Of a stretch of 64,000 nucleotides of DNA, positions 13,797-28,433 are shown in pieces. Numbering within the stretch: the stretch's first letter is position 1; each line of letters starts with the position of its first letter. The stretch is from Octopus vulgaris (Eukaryota). The DNA lies in NCBI GenBank assembly GCA_951406725.2, contig OX597819.1:63178001-63242000 (forward strand). Direction: 5' to 3'. A model generated the notes under the pieces. It did not search any database and was not told where the DNA came from. It worked only from the letters and a program-made list of their open reading frames with translations. A program made the position numbers and the translations under genes.

Positions 13797-15018
13797 TGTT
13801 ACGGTTTAGCTGGTGCATTTCCCGGTGACCCACATTGGAATTATGGTTCCGGTATGTCTAGTAGAAAAGTGACAGTCTTTTGTTTAATGGAGGACTAATG
13901 GGTTTTGGAAGGACCTGTGACCTCGTGCGGTTGATAAGAGGGTCAGTGAGAATGTGAAAGAGGAGGACAGATTAAGGGAATCTGAGAGCAAATGGAGAGG
14001 GTATTGACAGTAAGAGAGGACAGGCAGAGAGTATGGTAGAGCTGTCTGAGAGAGATAGAGTATAAGACTAAGGGACAGATAGAGAGGGTAAGGGACAGTA
14101 GGCGATAGCGATAGAGTAAGAGCAGAGGGCAAATAGAAAGGATAAGCAGTAAGGGACAGATTGAGGATATAGATAGAGTATAAGGACCAGGGCAGTTAGA
14201 GAGGGTGTGAGCGGTACAGAGGGAGATGAGGGAGTGGAAAAAGGACAGAGACGAAGTGAGGTCTGGGCAGTCGTTGAGCGGTCGTCGAAGAACACAGACG
14301 GATCTTGCAGTCGCTGGCCGGTCCTCGAAGAAGACAGTCGGATTCTGGAGGTCAGAGCGAGTAGATGGAATCTTAGAAGCGTTGGAATTTTAGGAGCAAG
14401 CTGGGATGCGAGAAAGCTTGGCGGCACAGAAGGGATATGTACAGAGGATTTAGCAGTATTGAGAGGAATGGGACACTGGCGATTCAATTAGGAATTGAGG
14501 TATGCGTTTGTGCATTGATACGTGTCACGATGTATTGAACAGTGGAAAGAACAGTCAAGGACTTGCCGATATGTCGATTATCGAGTTGTGGTATTTATGT
14601 TCAGAATTGAGTAAAGGACTTGTTGATGTGACTTTATCTGTGATGTTTAGAAAGAGACTTTAAAGAACTGTTGTCTTCGGACGTGAACTTTGAATTGTAC
14701 TCTTGAATTGCTGTTGTATTATGCTTTGATCTGTTGTATGATGTATTGAGTAGTCACGTGCATGTCTTCCTTTAAATGTCTGCCTTAAATGTATTTGATG
14801 TGTAGCAATTGATTGTCATATAAACTGTTGTTGAATATAAGCCAGTGTCTCTGTTGCCTCTGTGCCTCTTTTGGGTGTCTCTCTGGGTTGTGCCTCTGTA
14901 TCTCTTTCGGTTGTGGTTGTTGTTGTATCTCTCCTCTCTCCTCTTTGGGTTCCGTGGCGAACTTGTGAGCCGTTCGGGGCGGGCGACGACGGTGGGCGAT
15001 TCCGTCCGTTTCGTAACA
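13797..15018 (-). mobile_element. Solo LTR (Gypsy-like), 1222 bp
   Basis: Termini TGTTACG...CGTAACA (7-bp inverted) with 4-bp TSD ATAT at 13793-13796 and 15019-15022; strand inferred weakly from ATTAAA near the minus-strand 3' end. Confidence 0.75.
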
Positions 15019-15465
15019 ATATATATACATACATACATACAAAATTAAGAGGAATGTATGTAACACAATTTTTGATCTTTGGGTTTTTTAAATATGCTAA
15101 GCCACTGGTTTTATTTAATTAATATCAATTTCTACCATTGTTATTTAATTTTATATGTATATATTATATACATAATCCATAATTATAACGATAGAGAAAT
15201 TGGCGATGGGTACATCCTCAGAATATATTACCTTTTTTTTACAATTTCATACAGCATATTTTTATGGTTACGACGACCTACATATGTTTCCACTGCAAGA
15301 ACTATGCTTGGAAGTAAGCTTATTAACTACCCATCGAAAGACCTTCAACGAAACTGCACAGAACATATTTGCTCGGTTGCATGTACAACTCCTCATAATC
15401 TATGTAGTAGAAACACCTGTAGGTTGTCATAACCATAAAAACATCCTCTTTTTCTCTTTTTCTCT

Positions 15466-15886
15466 TTTTTTTACTCTTTTTTTTTGTTTCAGTCATTTGA
15501 CTGCGGCCATGCTGGAGCACCGCCTTTAGTCGAGCAAATCGACCCAAGGACTTATTCTTTGTAAGCCCAGTACTTATTCTATCGGTCTCTTCTGCCGAAC
15601 CGCTAAGTGACGGGGACATAAACACACCAGCATCGGTTGTCAAGCAATGCTAGGGGAACAAACGCAGACACACAAACACACACACACACATACACATATA
15701 TATATATATATATACATATATACGACAGGCTTCTTTCAGTTTCTGTCTACCAAATCCACTCACAAGGCATTGGTCGGCCCGGGGCTATAGCAGAAGACAC
15801 TTGCCCAAGATGCCACGCAGTGGGACTGAACCCGGAACCATGTGGTTGGTTAGCAAGCTACTTACCACACATCCACTCCTGCGCCT
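15466..15886 (-). mobile_element. SINE family A, full length
   Basis: Reverse complement of the 9370 element, including the internal microsatellite. Confidence 0.9.
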
Positions 15887-16342
15887 GTATGCTTTGTAAA
15901 ATGAAAGGAAATAAATTTTGGGGATGTACCAGTCTCCATATTCTCTATGTTTATATGTATTGCAAATATACATTCCATATAATATTAACATCTAGTTAAG
16001 CGAACACGGAATTATCCATACAAGGATTTACTGTTTGATTGACAACTCTTTGTAGGCATAGACGTTAAGTACTAATTAATGAGGTTAGCCATAACATACA
16101 ATATAATTGAGTGCTATTACTCTATCCATCCGGATATTATACATACTGAAACACACACATACACACACGCACACACACACACACATATATATACACACAC
16201 ATGTTTTTCTCTCGTTCCTCCACACAAAGACACACCATCTCTCTCCTTATCTATCTTTCCCTCTTTTTTAAATACATCAAGAAATGAAAGAGATAACCTA
16301 AAAGAGAGAGAAAGTGTGTGTGCGTGTGTGACACATAATGTG

Positions 16343-16393
<51 letters not shown>

Positions 16394-16468
16394 TTGAGTT
16401 GTTGGGTATCGCACGAGTGGGATTATATAAGAAAAAAGGTTTGAAAATGCAATTTAAACGATGTTTAT

Positions 16469-16513
16469 TTACTTAACCGGTTTCACTCTTTGGTAAAAGA
16501 TTGTCAAAAGTAA
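16469..16513 (-). ncRNA. Putative minimal type I hammerhead ribozyme (mirror copy)
   Basis: Reverse complement of 17037-17081. Confidence 0.65.
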
Positions 16514-17036
16514 CATTAAAAGTATCATTGAATAATATGGGTTCAGAAAAGTTTTTTACATAATTGTCACATTGAATATTATGCATTCAAAAAAATTTTT
16601 TACAGTAATTGTCACATTGGATATTATGAATTCAAAAATGTTTTTTTATACAAAATTGTCACATTACATGTATAAATATAGTGTTTGGTAACAGAGAAGT
16701 TCAATAGTGTGATGAGAATATTTGGAAAAATTGGCAGAAAAGGATAAAACAAATATATTATTGGAAATTTTGTTGCGTTAATTATTGGTTGTCGCAAATT
16801 GTCACATTACATGTATATATATACAGTCTTTGGTATATATATACAATCTTTTGACAGCAAAATTTAAAATGGATTTTTTATACATCTCAGAATATTTTAA
16901 GTTGAAGGCGAGAATATGTTGTTACTGACCTGTTGTGACAATTATGTAAAAAAATTTTTTGAATGCATAATATTCAATGTGACAATTATGTAAAAAAACT
17001 TTTCTGAACCCATATTATTCAATGATACTTTTAATG

Positions 17037-17081
17037 TTACTTTTGACAATCTTTTACCAAAGAGTGAAACCGGTTAAGTAA
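17037..17081 (+). ncRNA. Putative minimal type I hammerhead ribozyme, U3-A8 core
   Basis: ttactt-TTGACAA-tcttt/tacc/aaaga-gt-GAAA-ccgg-TT-aagtaa: 6-bp stem I, 5-bp stem II, palindromic stem III, GUU site, followed by AATAAA. Confidence 0.65.
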
Positions 17082-17118
17082 ATAAACATCGTTTAAATTG
17101 CATTTTCAAACCTTTTTT

Positions 17119-17247
<129 letters not shown>

Positions 17248-17397
17248 GGATTTTAAATTTAAGTGAAATTTTTCAAACTTGTTGATATATTGACATGCAT
17301 TTTCACGATGAATTTGATGTTGAGGTTTACTCATTCCAGAAATAATTTTTAAATGTTACAAAAGTTTAAAATTTGATAATTTTTACATTATCATATA

Positions 17398-17540
17398 GGC
17401 GCAGGTATAACTGTGTGATAAGAAGCTTGTTTCTGGACTACTTAGTTCCTGGTTCAGTCCCACTGGATGGCACATTGGGCCAGTGTCATCTACTGTAGCC
17501 TCGGGCTGGCCACAGACTTGTGAGTAGATTTCGTAGACAT
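17398..17540 (+). mobile_element. SINE family A head, diverged
   Basis: ggcgcaggtataactgtgtg...ggttcagtcccactg...tagcctcgggc. Confidence 0.7.
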
Positions 17541-17810
17541 TTCTTGAGGAAATGATGCAATAATGGTTTTGTGGAATGTTGATTAAGTATTTAAATGTGT
17601 AATTTTGTTGTTCTCTTGAGATGCATAGACAATCTTTACCCCTGTTTAAGAGGTGATCACGTTTTTTATTTTGGGTTTAGATGTCGCTTCTCAAAGACAC
17701 GAGATTTGGTCAGGGAAAAACTTGCTCCCCATGCTCGTACCATTATATATATATATTGAAATTATATATATTTATTAAAATTAAAATTAAAATTTTATTA
17801 TTAGAATTAT

Positions 17811-17864
<54 letters not shown>

Positions 17865-18239
17865 TATAAGAATTACACCAGGATGTTAAAAGACACCTAC
17901 ATTGCTAGAGATAATAGCTAAAATGCGCTAAAGGTTTAGTTAACGCACATGAATAAGAACACATACACTTACAGGGACCATTATCAGTTAAGCCAGATCG
18001 GTGTTCGGCTTTTTCCAGACCTGTTTCTCAATTAGTATATATATTTTCGTCATCCAAATTAATCGCCGGCATTTTTCGGACCATTGTGGTCCTTTTAAAT
18101 GTATATTCTTTATTTATGTACATTAACTACAGTATTAGATCATTTTAGGTCTTATTTCGAGCAAAGTTGGTGTTTTTAACACCCCAGTCACATTTAGCGA
18201 CAATTATAATTCTCCTTTTTGGTGAAACATCGAAACCTA

Positions 18240-18312
<73 letters not shown>

Positions 18313-18338
18313 TGTATATATACATACATACATACACT

Positions 18339-19000
18339 TAGAATCCATATAAGTGGATTCTCTATGTATTTAAATATACACTATATCGTATGACTAATAT
18401 ATAGTGTTTTTGACTAAAATATTTTTACGCGTTGGACCACTGGAAATGTAAATTTTGATTGAATGTTTTTAACTTTAATTAAATTCCATTTCCCTTTGAT
18501 ATGATTGAATTCTTGGATAATTTTTGGATAATTTTCGGTTGGCGGTTTATTGTAGTCAACGAATGGACTGCGTCTGCGCAGAAAATTTGAAAAGTTAGGT
18601 CGTATGTACACGAGACAGGTAACCTATTTTGTCTCGTGTAGATAGGTTGGTTCCTGCTGACGAAAATCAGACCTTGTGAGCTCTCCATGACTCGCTAAAA
18701 GAAGATTAGAAACCAATTGGTCCAGGAATCTAGACGGTAAATGTTTTTAATTTCCAAATTTATTTCTGTCGAATCTTATCCCCGATTTTTGGTGGTTATA
18801 GAACTTAGCTGTTCTTTCTAGCGCGTAGAATCTCTATAAGTGGATTCTCTATGTATTTAAATATACACTATATTGTATGACTAATATATAGTTTTTTTAA
18901 CTAAAATTATTTTACGCGTTGGACCACTGGAAATGTAAATTTTGATTGAATGTTTTTAACTTTAATTAAATTCTATTTCCCTTTGATATGATTGAATTCT
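18339..19000 (+). repeat. Partial tandem, 487-bp period (175-bp direct repeats 18339-18513 and 18826-19000)
   Basis: tagaatc...aagtggattctctatgtatttaaatatacac...gatatgattgaattct repeated with few mismatches; bounded by microsatellites. Confidence 0.92.
18649..18730 (+). ncRNA. Putative type I hammerhead ribozyme
   Basis: ggttcctg-CTGACGA-aaatc...gatta-GAAA-CCAATTGG-TC-caggaatc: canonical core, 8-bp stem I (one GU), palindromic stem III, GUC site at 18720-18722. Confidence 0.8.
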
Positions 19001-19029
19001 ACATACATATATAAATACGTGCACACATA

Positions 19030-19085
<56 letters not shown>

Positions 19086-19254
19086 CTCACACACGCATAT
19101 ATATATATATGTGTGCGTCTGTATGTGTGTGTTTGCGTGTGTTTGTGTGTGTGTGTGTGTGTATGCCTGTGTGTCAGTGTGAGATCGCATATTATGCATC
19201 TGAAAAAAAACGGAGATACCTTACAATAATAAATGCTTAAGCTACCACAATATC

Positions 19255-19880
19255 ACACACAGAAGAATTCTGTAACGAAGTTGGAGGAACTAGTGAGAAA
19301 AGTGCCAGCTTCTAATGACCAAATAATTGTGGATGACTTCAAATTGAGTAATTGATGCAATTTCGTAACATGGCCTGCGCACGGTAAACTTGCCGAGAAA
19401 AACATCGAGATGGTGATTCATTCCATACAATTTGCAATGGACATCAACTTTTTGATGCAAAAACATTCTTTCAGTAGAAAAATGAAAAGAAGACAAGGTC
19501 TAAGAATTAGTATCTCATTGATTATATTTTAGTGAAACAATGTCATGTAAAGGTTGTATGTAGATTGTACATAATGAGAGGGGCAGAGTGCTTGACTGAC
19601 TACCGGCTGGTCAGGACCAAAGTCAATGTAACTATAACACCTAAAGCTAGATACGCTGGAAGTACCAAATATTCTTCATGCGGCAGATTTGAAATGTTTC
19701 GATGCTCTATTCTAATTTCTTAGTGCAGTAGATGATATCCCTCTTGATGCAAGCAATTCTTGGGCAGTTTCAAGAAAGAAGTCTTCTAGAACAACATCAG
19801 AAACAGTTGGCTGGAAAGCGAACTTCCTAACTGCGTAGCCAAAAATAGAGAAAATGCAGAAACTATTAAAGAAATGCTTA
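19255..19880 (+). pseudogene. Decayed RTE-like LINE AP-endonuclease region
   Basis: Frameshifted fragments LEELVRKVPASNDQIIVDDF, LIDYILVKQ and MRGAECLTDYRLVRTKV match the GDFN, IDY and D/HR motifs of LINE endonucleases. Confidence 0.7.
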
Positions 19881-21062
19881 AGTTTTGCTTTTTCGCGTCC
19901 TTTCCTTTATAGGGCGGATATGGGCGGTCTAAAGCTGTTAAAATTTGTCTTATCGTCTAATTATTGATTCTTTATGATATCGTATTTGGTTTTTTAGGAT
20001 TATATTTTTATTAAATATCTCTCCAATTCTGAACATTTTATTGGATTACCTCATAAGTGTTGGTACAAAGGAAAAACACAATCCATTCATCAATCCATAC
20101 ATCCATTAAACTCACAACAGAAACTAATAAAAAAGAACTACAATTCTTAGAAATTCTATGAAAAGTAGACGATACGGAGATCACAAAACATATTCTATTG
20201 ATAAGAAAAAGATACACATCAATATATAAATTTTTCTCATATGTTCAACTTACATCAAACGGAATATCCCGAACTGCTTGGCAAGACATATACGCGCACC
20301 ATTGGTCAATGCAGGACTACGATGTATAGGACTGGAAAAAAATATAGCAGCTCCTCAAGTCTACATAAAACCCCTTTCAAATAAATACTCAGAAGGATTA
20401 CACACACACACACACAGACAAACACAACACTGATACACAGACTCAGACACACACAGAGACACACACACACAGACACACACACACACAAACACACACACAC
20501 AAGCGCGCACCCCTCACAAATACACACACACGGACCAACACAAACACACACATAAATACAAGTAAGATGTAAATGACTGAAAAAGTTTGCTTTTACTTTG
20601 CACAGTAGATAGATAAAATTAAGAACCTCACTTATCGACAACTACTGGTGTCAGAAAAATATTTGCAACTCTGAAATACAGTATCACCACCGGCAAATAA
20701 CAGAATACCTTAATGCAGTAAGTAGTGGCACCTGCTGAGGTTTCTGCAGTGCGTTATTTACCATGTGGCTTACAATGAGTGAAGGATCAATGAGTGAAAC
20801 TTCCTTTTAGGCGAACGTAAACTCATACAAAATTTATTGTGCTCCTGGCGTTATGGCTGATTGTGCTGAAAAATAAGCTCAGTGCTGTATAGCACTTTAT
20901 CCACTAAAATCAAATACAATTCACGCTCAAAAGCTTTTTGGACTCTCGGAACTTTTGAACTGTAAATACCCAATCTTTCTTGACTGCTTTTGGCAGTTGT
21001 ATTGTGTTCAAAACTCACTTTCTTGTCTGTAATACATGCATACATACATACAAACATACATT

Positions 21063-21403
21063 GTTGTGACCCCCTTCGGTCAGACACTGACCATGGGCTT
21101 GCAACTAGAGAGTTACCCTCTGAGGCACAAGTCTGGGCAAAATTTTTTTATGGAAGACCAGCAGTCGCCCATGCATATCGGCCTCCCCTCTCCACGTCAC
21201 CAGTGTTATCCAAGGGAAAGGTAAGGGCCGATACAGCTTGGCACCTGTGACGTCGCAACTCATTTCTACAGCTGAGTGAACTGGAGCAACGTGAAATAAA
21301 GCGTCTTGCTCAAGAACACAACACGCAGCCCGGTCCGGGATTCGAGCTCACAACCTCACGATCGTAAACTCGACGCTCTAACCACTGAGCCACGTGCCTT
21401 CAC
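21063..21403 (-). mobile_element. SINE family D (tRNA-like head)
   Basis: Minus strand tggctcagtgg...gagctcgaatccc...ttgtgttcttgagcaagacgc; colinear with 61716-62052. Confidence 0.85.
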
Positions 21404-22582
21404 ATACATATATACATACATACATACATTCATACATACATGCATATATACATACATATATATATGTGTGTATATATATATACATACATACACATATATA
21501 TGTATATATCTATATGCATATACGTATATAGATATACAATATATAGAATCACATGCACACATATATCAGACATTGTGTGGATTCTAATAAACATAACTTA
21601 GCGTATTCTGCCCCAGTTAATAATTCAGATCGTTATATATATACCACTGCTCACTGTACCCCAAGCTGCGTGGTTGCAAAGCGAATTTCTTTGCAACACA
21701 CACATGCCTGTCATGGGAACGAATAAAATTCAAGATGATTTGGTCGGATTTGAACCAAGCAAATATACTAATTGATCCCGCCCCTAAATAAACCTTGTCG
21801 TAGAAATAATGGTGATGAATAATTCTATTTTATTAGTTCAGTTTATGAGCTTGTATTAAACCTAAATGACAAACATACAACTAAATAAACGGCGTATTAG
21901 TTAGCCCTGCTCATCTATGGAGAAGTTCGTGGTTTTATTATATTAATAAAAGTTATTCATATTTATTTCATCTTGTTGTATCACGTAGCGATAATTTCTC
22001 CCTTATCCGAGACGCAATGTTTTTGGAGGCTGCCAATATTTCATACGCTTGGAATGTATATTGCAGGTAAAACACCGACATACGTACTGAAATATTGTTT
22101 TACATAATGCGACAATACTGACATTTCATTACCCGAGCAAAAAGTTCAATAAATACGATGAAAACTATTGCAAAACAAAAGGCAGTAACAAAAATAAGAG
22201 GAAAATAACGAAGCAACGATAACAACTACAGAAAAAAAAAATAATACAAAGCGAAAACGATAAAAAAAACACATTGAAAATGTTTCCGTTTTTACTTTGC
22301 TGTGTTCTACCCCCTCCTTTAATATCTTTGATATATTTATCTAGTTTATTTTATTTTGTTCTTGCTACCACCCCTTCCCAATCGATGTTAACAAAATCTT
22401 TCATAATTGAGGTAATGCTATACGGTCAGTTATATTTGGAGACCGTTTTACTGGTTGAGCCAAGCCAAAAACAGCGGGGGACTGGCGCCGTATTTACAAT
22501 ATCAATGTATTGGTATAACATTAATCTATTGTAGTCATACAGACCGCTGCCACAATGTTGTTGCTGTTGTTGCTACTGTTGC

Positions 22583-22669
<87 letters not shown>

Positions 22670-22939
22670 CATCCTTTGTAGTAAGAATAGTTGTAGTATC
22701 AATTGTGGTAACAGCATTAGTCGTAATATATCCGTCATTATCAACACCTCGTCATCGTCGTCGTCATCGTCGTCATCATCATCAGCGTCATCGTCATCAT
22801 CATGATGGATAGGTATGAGTGGTGTATATTAAACATTTACGTAATTTTCTACGCTGCTCTTTACTATTTACTAAAGCTACATTTCTAAATTAGTTTTGTT
22901 TATGTGTGTGCTTTCAAACATTCACGCGTATGCATCATG

Positions 22940-22975
<36 letters not shown>

Positions 22976-23466
22976 TAATATTGTATATATATATATATAT
23001 GCATATGTGTGTGTGTATATATAATATTATATATATATATATATGCATGTATGTGTGTATATAAATATAAATACACACACACGCAAACATATATTAGTCA
23101 TATATATACATAAAGATTAACATTAGACGCATATAATGAATATGAATATTACTATATGTGTGTATATATGTGTATGTATGCATATAACTGTATATGTATA
23201 TATATTTATATACCTATATATTACATTCATAGTAAAGGTTGTCTTTAACGCGGAGTTATATTTAAAAGCAATTCAACATTAAATTGAAAAATCATTGAAT
23301 ACGTTTTGTTATAAGTACATCTTTATCAAATTTTGCTAAAGAAGTGATAAGCAGAAGACTAGAAGTCAATGTCAAACTTAACATCGTAAGAATTAATAAA
23401 TACATGAGTACTAAAATGCATTCATATATACATGTATACATACATAGGCACACAGACACACACACA

Positions 23467-23511
<45 letters not shown>

Positions 23512-23535
23512 ACACACACATAGGTACATAGGACA

Positions 23536-23629
<94 letters not shown>

Positions 23630-23639
23630 GCCACTACAC

Positions 23640-23800
23640 ACATTTTTTCTCTCTCCTTGTTTTTTTCTGTGTCTATTTCTGTAGAAGAGTGTAGGCTCGA
23701 AACGTAAAAGACTTTTTCTATTCCTGAGCGTTATACTAATACATCTGTTTGTTGTGTACACCACCTATTTTCGTCTTTTGTTTTTTTCGTAAACTCTCCC
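23640..23800 (+). mobile_element. PLE-terminus-like repeat carrying a variant hammerhead motif (23671-23712)
   Basis: CTGTAGA-a-gagt/gtag/gctc-GAAA-cg-TA; diverged inverted copy at ~57510-57660 and related motif at 37123-37158(-). Confidence 0.6.
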
Positions 23801-23812
23801 TATATATATATG

Positions 23813-23854
<42 letters not shown>

Positions 23855-24100
23855 ATGACCTAGTAGTTACGTTGTCTCATGAGATCGGGGCTTAAATTCC
23901 TTGACCGTGTTGTGCGTTGTATGCTTAAATACTCTGCAATCACTTTAACATGTGACATGTGGTATACTGTGCACCTGTTCAAACATCGATTTGATGGAGA
24001 GAGACTGAGCCGATGTAGAGCAGATATAATTGATCACTATAAGCAAATCGCTTGCGCTGGCTGCCCTCGCAAGACATTGCACAAAATCCTTCGTGGAATA
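23855..24100 (+). mobile_element. Possible diverged SINE (family E)
   Basis: tgacctagtagtta...gcttaaattcc resembles a decayed tRNA head; single copy in window. Confidence 0.35.
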
Positions 24101-24649
24101 TGAACGACTACTACCATTCATTGTCTTGTATCATTTCCTTACCATGATCTACAAAATTTGATCTACCAGAATATGTATCGCCTCATGCGGCACTGTGCTC
24201 TCACATGAAGAAAAATTTGTTATATTCATATACATCCGAAGAGTGCATTTTGGGTTCGATCCTTGTAGGGGAATTTAATCTGCTGTAATTTTTCATTCGT
24301 CACGAAAATATTAGCACATGGTATGATTGATACTGTTGTCAGAAAATCTAAATACATGAAGACTTGAATGGATCCGACTCTGTGTGAGTGTGTGTGAATA
24401 CGCGGTTGTATACACGATACAGCATGACTGGAATTGATTTCATACATTGCTTTCCAGCATGATGTTCTTTCATCTATGCGTTCTATTCATATGTGTATTC
24501 CTGGATTCTAAGGAACTTCGATTGATATGGAATCAACTGAGACTGAGAGGAGACGCGTCTTTACGTACAGCTCTTTCACTTTGTGTCTCAAACGGTGTGA
24601 TTCTATGTAATACATGTGTACGTATATATCATATGCACGTAAATGTATG

Positions 24650-24723
<74 letters not shown>

Positions 24724-25602
24724 CATATAAGTACGTTCATGCATGTATTTATATATTTATATAGATTTATTTATATATATAAATATATATTTTTATATAT
24801 AAACATATACACATTCTTCTATTTACATGTATATATGTGTATATATGTATGTACATATATATATTGTATGCATACAGACACACAAATATGAAGGGCAACG
24901 TATACATACATTCAGAATTGTAAGCAAATACGCACACACAAACATACACACACACGCGTATATACTCATAGATACTAGGTATACGTATTAATATACACTT
25001 ATTTAGCATGATCTATATTGATATAATCTGCTGCTGACGTAAGCTGACTTTCTAGTAATACAATATTCCAGGTGCTCTTGAAGTTAATTCTTGTGTCTTC
25101 AATAATCATCGCATAAAACTCCGAGTAGGTACAATATGAACCATGGACTACTTAGAAATGTCTATGCCTTCCGAAACAACACTGAGCAGTGAAACGAAAT
25201 ATGTGTACGTATCTGTGGGTGTGTGTATGTTATATCTCAGAATATACATGTATTACGTGGAAGTGTATATATATACATATATATTATGTGTAGATCTGTG
25301 TGTATCTTTGAATAAACGAGATTTCTGATTCGATCTCCCTGTCTACATTTTGCTCTCGCTTTTGTTTCCATACACCCACATGCAGATATGTACTTACGTA
25401 CATGTAAACGTGTGCTTCTATAAAACTTTGTGTGCGTGTGTGTGTTTGTAAGCGAGCATTCACGTAACGTAAGCGTGTTGGTATCCGTGTTGCGTCACTT
25501 TTGTTTCTGAGAATATATGTAGGTACATATATATATATATATATATATATCTGCATATACAGACGTGCGTGTGTGTATGTGTGTGTGTGTATGAGCGTGT
25601 GC

Positions 25603-25678
<76 letters not shown>

Positions 25679-25852
25679 ATATATATGAATATATATATAT
25701 ATATGTATGTATATATATATATATATATGTATACATGTGTGTATGTATATATATATATAATATATACACATGTGTGTATATATATATATACATATGCATA
25801 TATATATATAAAGTGTATATATATACATATGCATATATATAAAGTGTATATG

Positions 25853-25911
<59 letters not shown>

Positions 25912-26609
25912 AATTATGTATATATATATATATATGTATGCATACTTATGTATATATATCTACAAACACAAATATACACACATACACCCGCACACATCAC
26001 ACATACAGATATGCGTGTGTAATCATATCTCTGTATGTGCATCAGTTTGTGTGCATATATACATATATACACACTTATGCACAGCCTCGCAATCAATAAT
26101 ATAGTAGTCATATTTAATATTGCCTTGATTCAGTCATGCATGTCCGTCTTTTCCTTTGACGAGATGAATCAAATCAAAAGAGTTCTCAATATACCTTGTT
26201 TATTTATTTCCTTCTTTCCTTATTCGGCATATGCTCATAAGGCATATTTAGACAGAGAACGAGCGAGAGGTAGAGAGAAGGAGAGAGATGGAGATAAAGA
26301 GAGAGAGAGAAGTGGAACGGTATACGCGTCTATTTAAAATAGGAACGCACAAAAATATTCTACGCATATAAAAAGGAAAATGCGGTTTTAACCCAACCCC
26401 TATCTAGTAATATATTAAAGACTATCAGATATAAGTTTCTCGTGTTCGTCTACTAATCCGGTGTGAGACGCCCGACACCTGCTGGGTTATGGGTTCCTTT
26501 TGGGAAGTGGAAAATATTATGTTATTATTAACATTATTAGCTCTGATAGTATTTATAGTGATATTAATCACACAACGAAACTCAGGGTGGCACACACAAA
26601 CACACACAC

Positions 26610-26686
<77 letters not shown>

Positions 26687-27013
26687 CATGGAGACATACA
26701 CACACATACGTACACACTCATAGTCACACACATGCAAACGAAGTAGAGACCTAGAAAGCAATAAGCCTAACTTTTGAAACACACGCACACAAACATATAT
26801 ATATATATTTATACGAGCACGCATATATATGTAAAGGGTTTTAATATAGGCCGCCATTTATGAATTGTTTAATAATAATAATAATCATAATAATAATAAT
26901 GATAATAATGATAAATATTAGCAGTTATAGATGTGCAGGTGTACAGTTATACGTATAAGTATGTACACATATATGTATATAGCTATATATATATATGTGT
27001 GTCTATATATATG

Positions 27014-27048
<35 letters not shown>

Positions 27049-27487
27049 GTATGTATGTCTATATATATATATATATGTATACACATGTATGTGTGTGTAT
27101 ATATTTATATGCATGTATGCGTGCATGCGTGTGTGTATATCTGTGAGTTTCCTCGTATTTGTGTGCGCACGACTATGAATAAATTTGTTATATACATACA
27201 TACATACATACATACATACATACATGCACAAACACATTCACATACACACACAAGCACAACCACATACGTGCTTATATACACACACGCATATATCAAGTAT
27301 TAGTTAATTTAATATGATATATATTAGCTTATATTGGTATTTTCATATACAGAAGTTTCATTCGGTACATTTTTTGTATATGGTAATGTTAAAATATATC
27401 CATAAGTTAATACAAATCTATATATGTATGGTTCTGCGAATATACTCCATTATTCTCCCCTTCCTTCTCTCTCTCTCTCTATCCCGC

Positions 27488-27545
<58 letters not shown>

Positions 27546-27843
27546 TACACACATACGCACGTACACATTCACATATGTACATGTACATATATATTATACA
27601 TAAATGCATTCATATAAATATGTATGTGTATGTGTATACAGAAACACACACGCACACACAAACACATACACATATCTACACACGTACACTCGCCCCCAAC
27701 AGACATTCACACACCTACGTGTTCACTCACATCCACAAACCCATATACGCGTACGTGATTTATGCATGTATGTATATGCGTGTGTTTATCGAACCATATA
27801 CTGTACATAATGAACAATGAAAACGAGAAATACACTCACTCTT

Positions 27844-27875
<32 letters not shown>

Positions 27876-28319
27876 ACACACTCACACACACATACACAGA
27901 TGCACACAAACACGCACACATACGCACGCTCACGTAAACACATACACACACACACACACACAGCATCACATAAACACACACACGCATACAATCAAAATGG
28001 CATGCTTGTAAACAGAGGTTGGGCGTAGGGGAAGCGATATGTTGGAGCTACGCAGAGAATATATAAGATTAAGGGGGCGGTGAAACTCCTGCCGTTAAAC
28101 AAGGTCGGTTTCCGGGTTTCTTTCCAATAGAACATCGGGAATTACAAAGAGTTATTTCTAAATTTATAAAAGGGAAAAAAATACATGAAAAATATCCCAC
28201 CCATTCGTATTTTATTTTTCTTGCTAAAGCTCATAAACAGCCAACGCATTTTCAATAAATGAAGACCGCTTAGGGTCTGCCCAACATTATAATATATATA
28301 TATATATGTATATTTACAC

Positions 28320-28433
<114 letters not shown>

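Noticed and set aside
21330-21403. tRNA gene
   Set aside because: The tRNA-like head continues into a dispersed SINE body and forms no proper acceptor stem; the same applies to the other SINE heads
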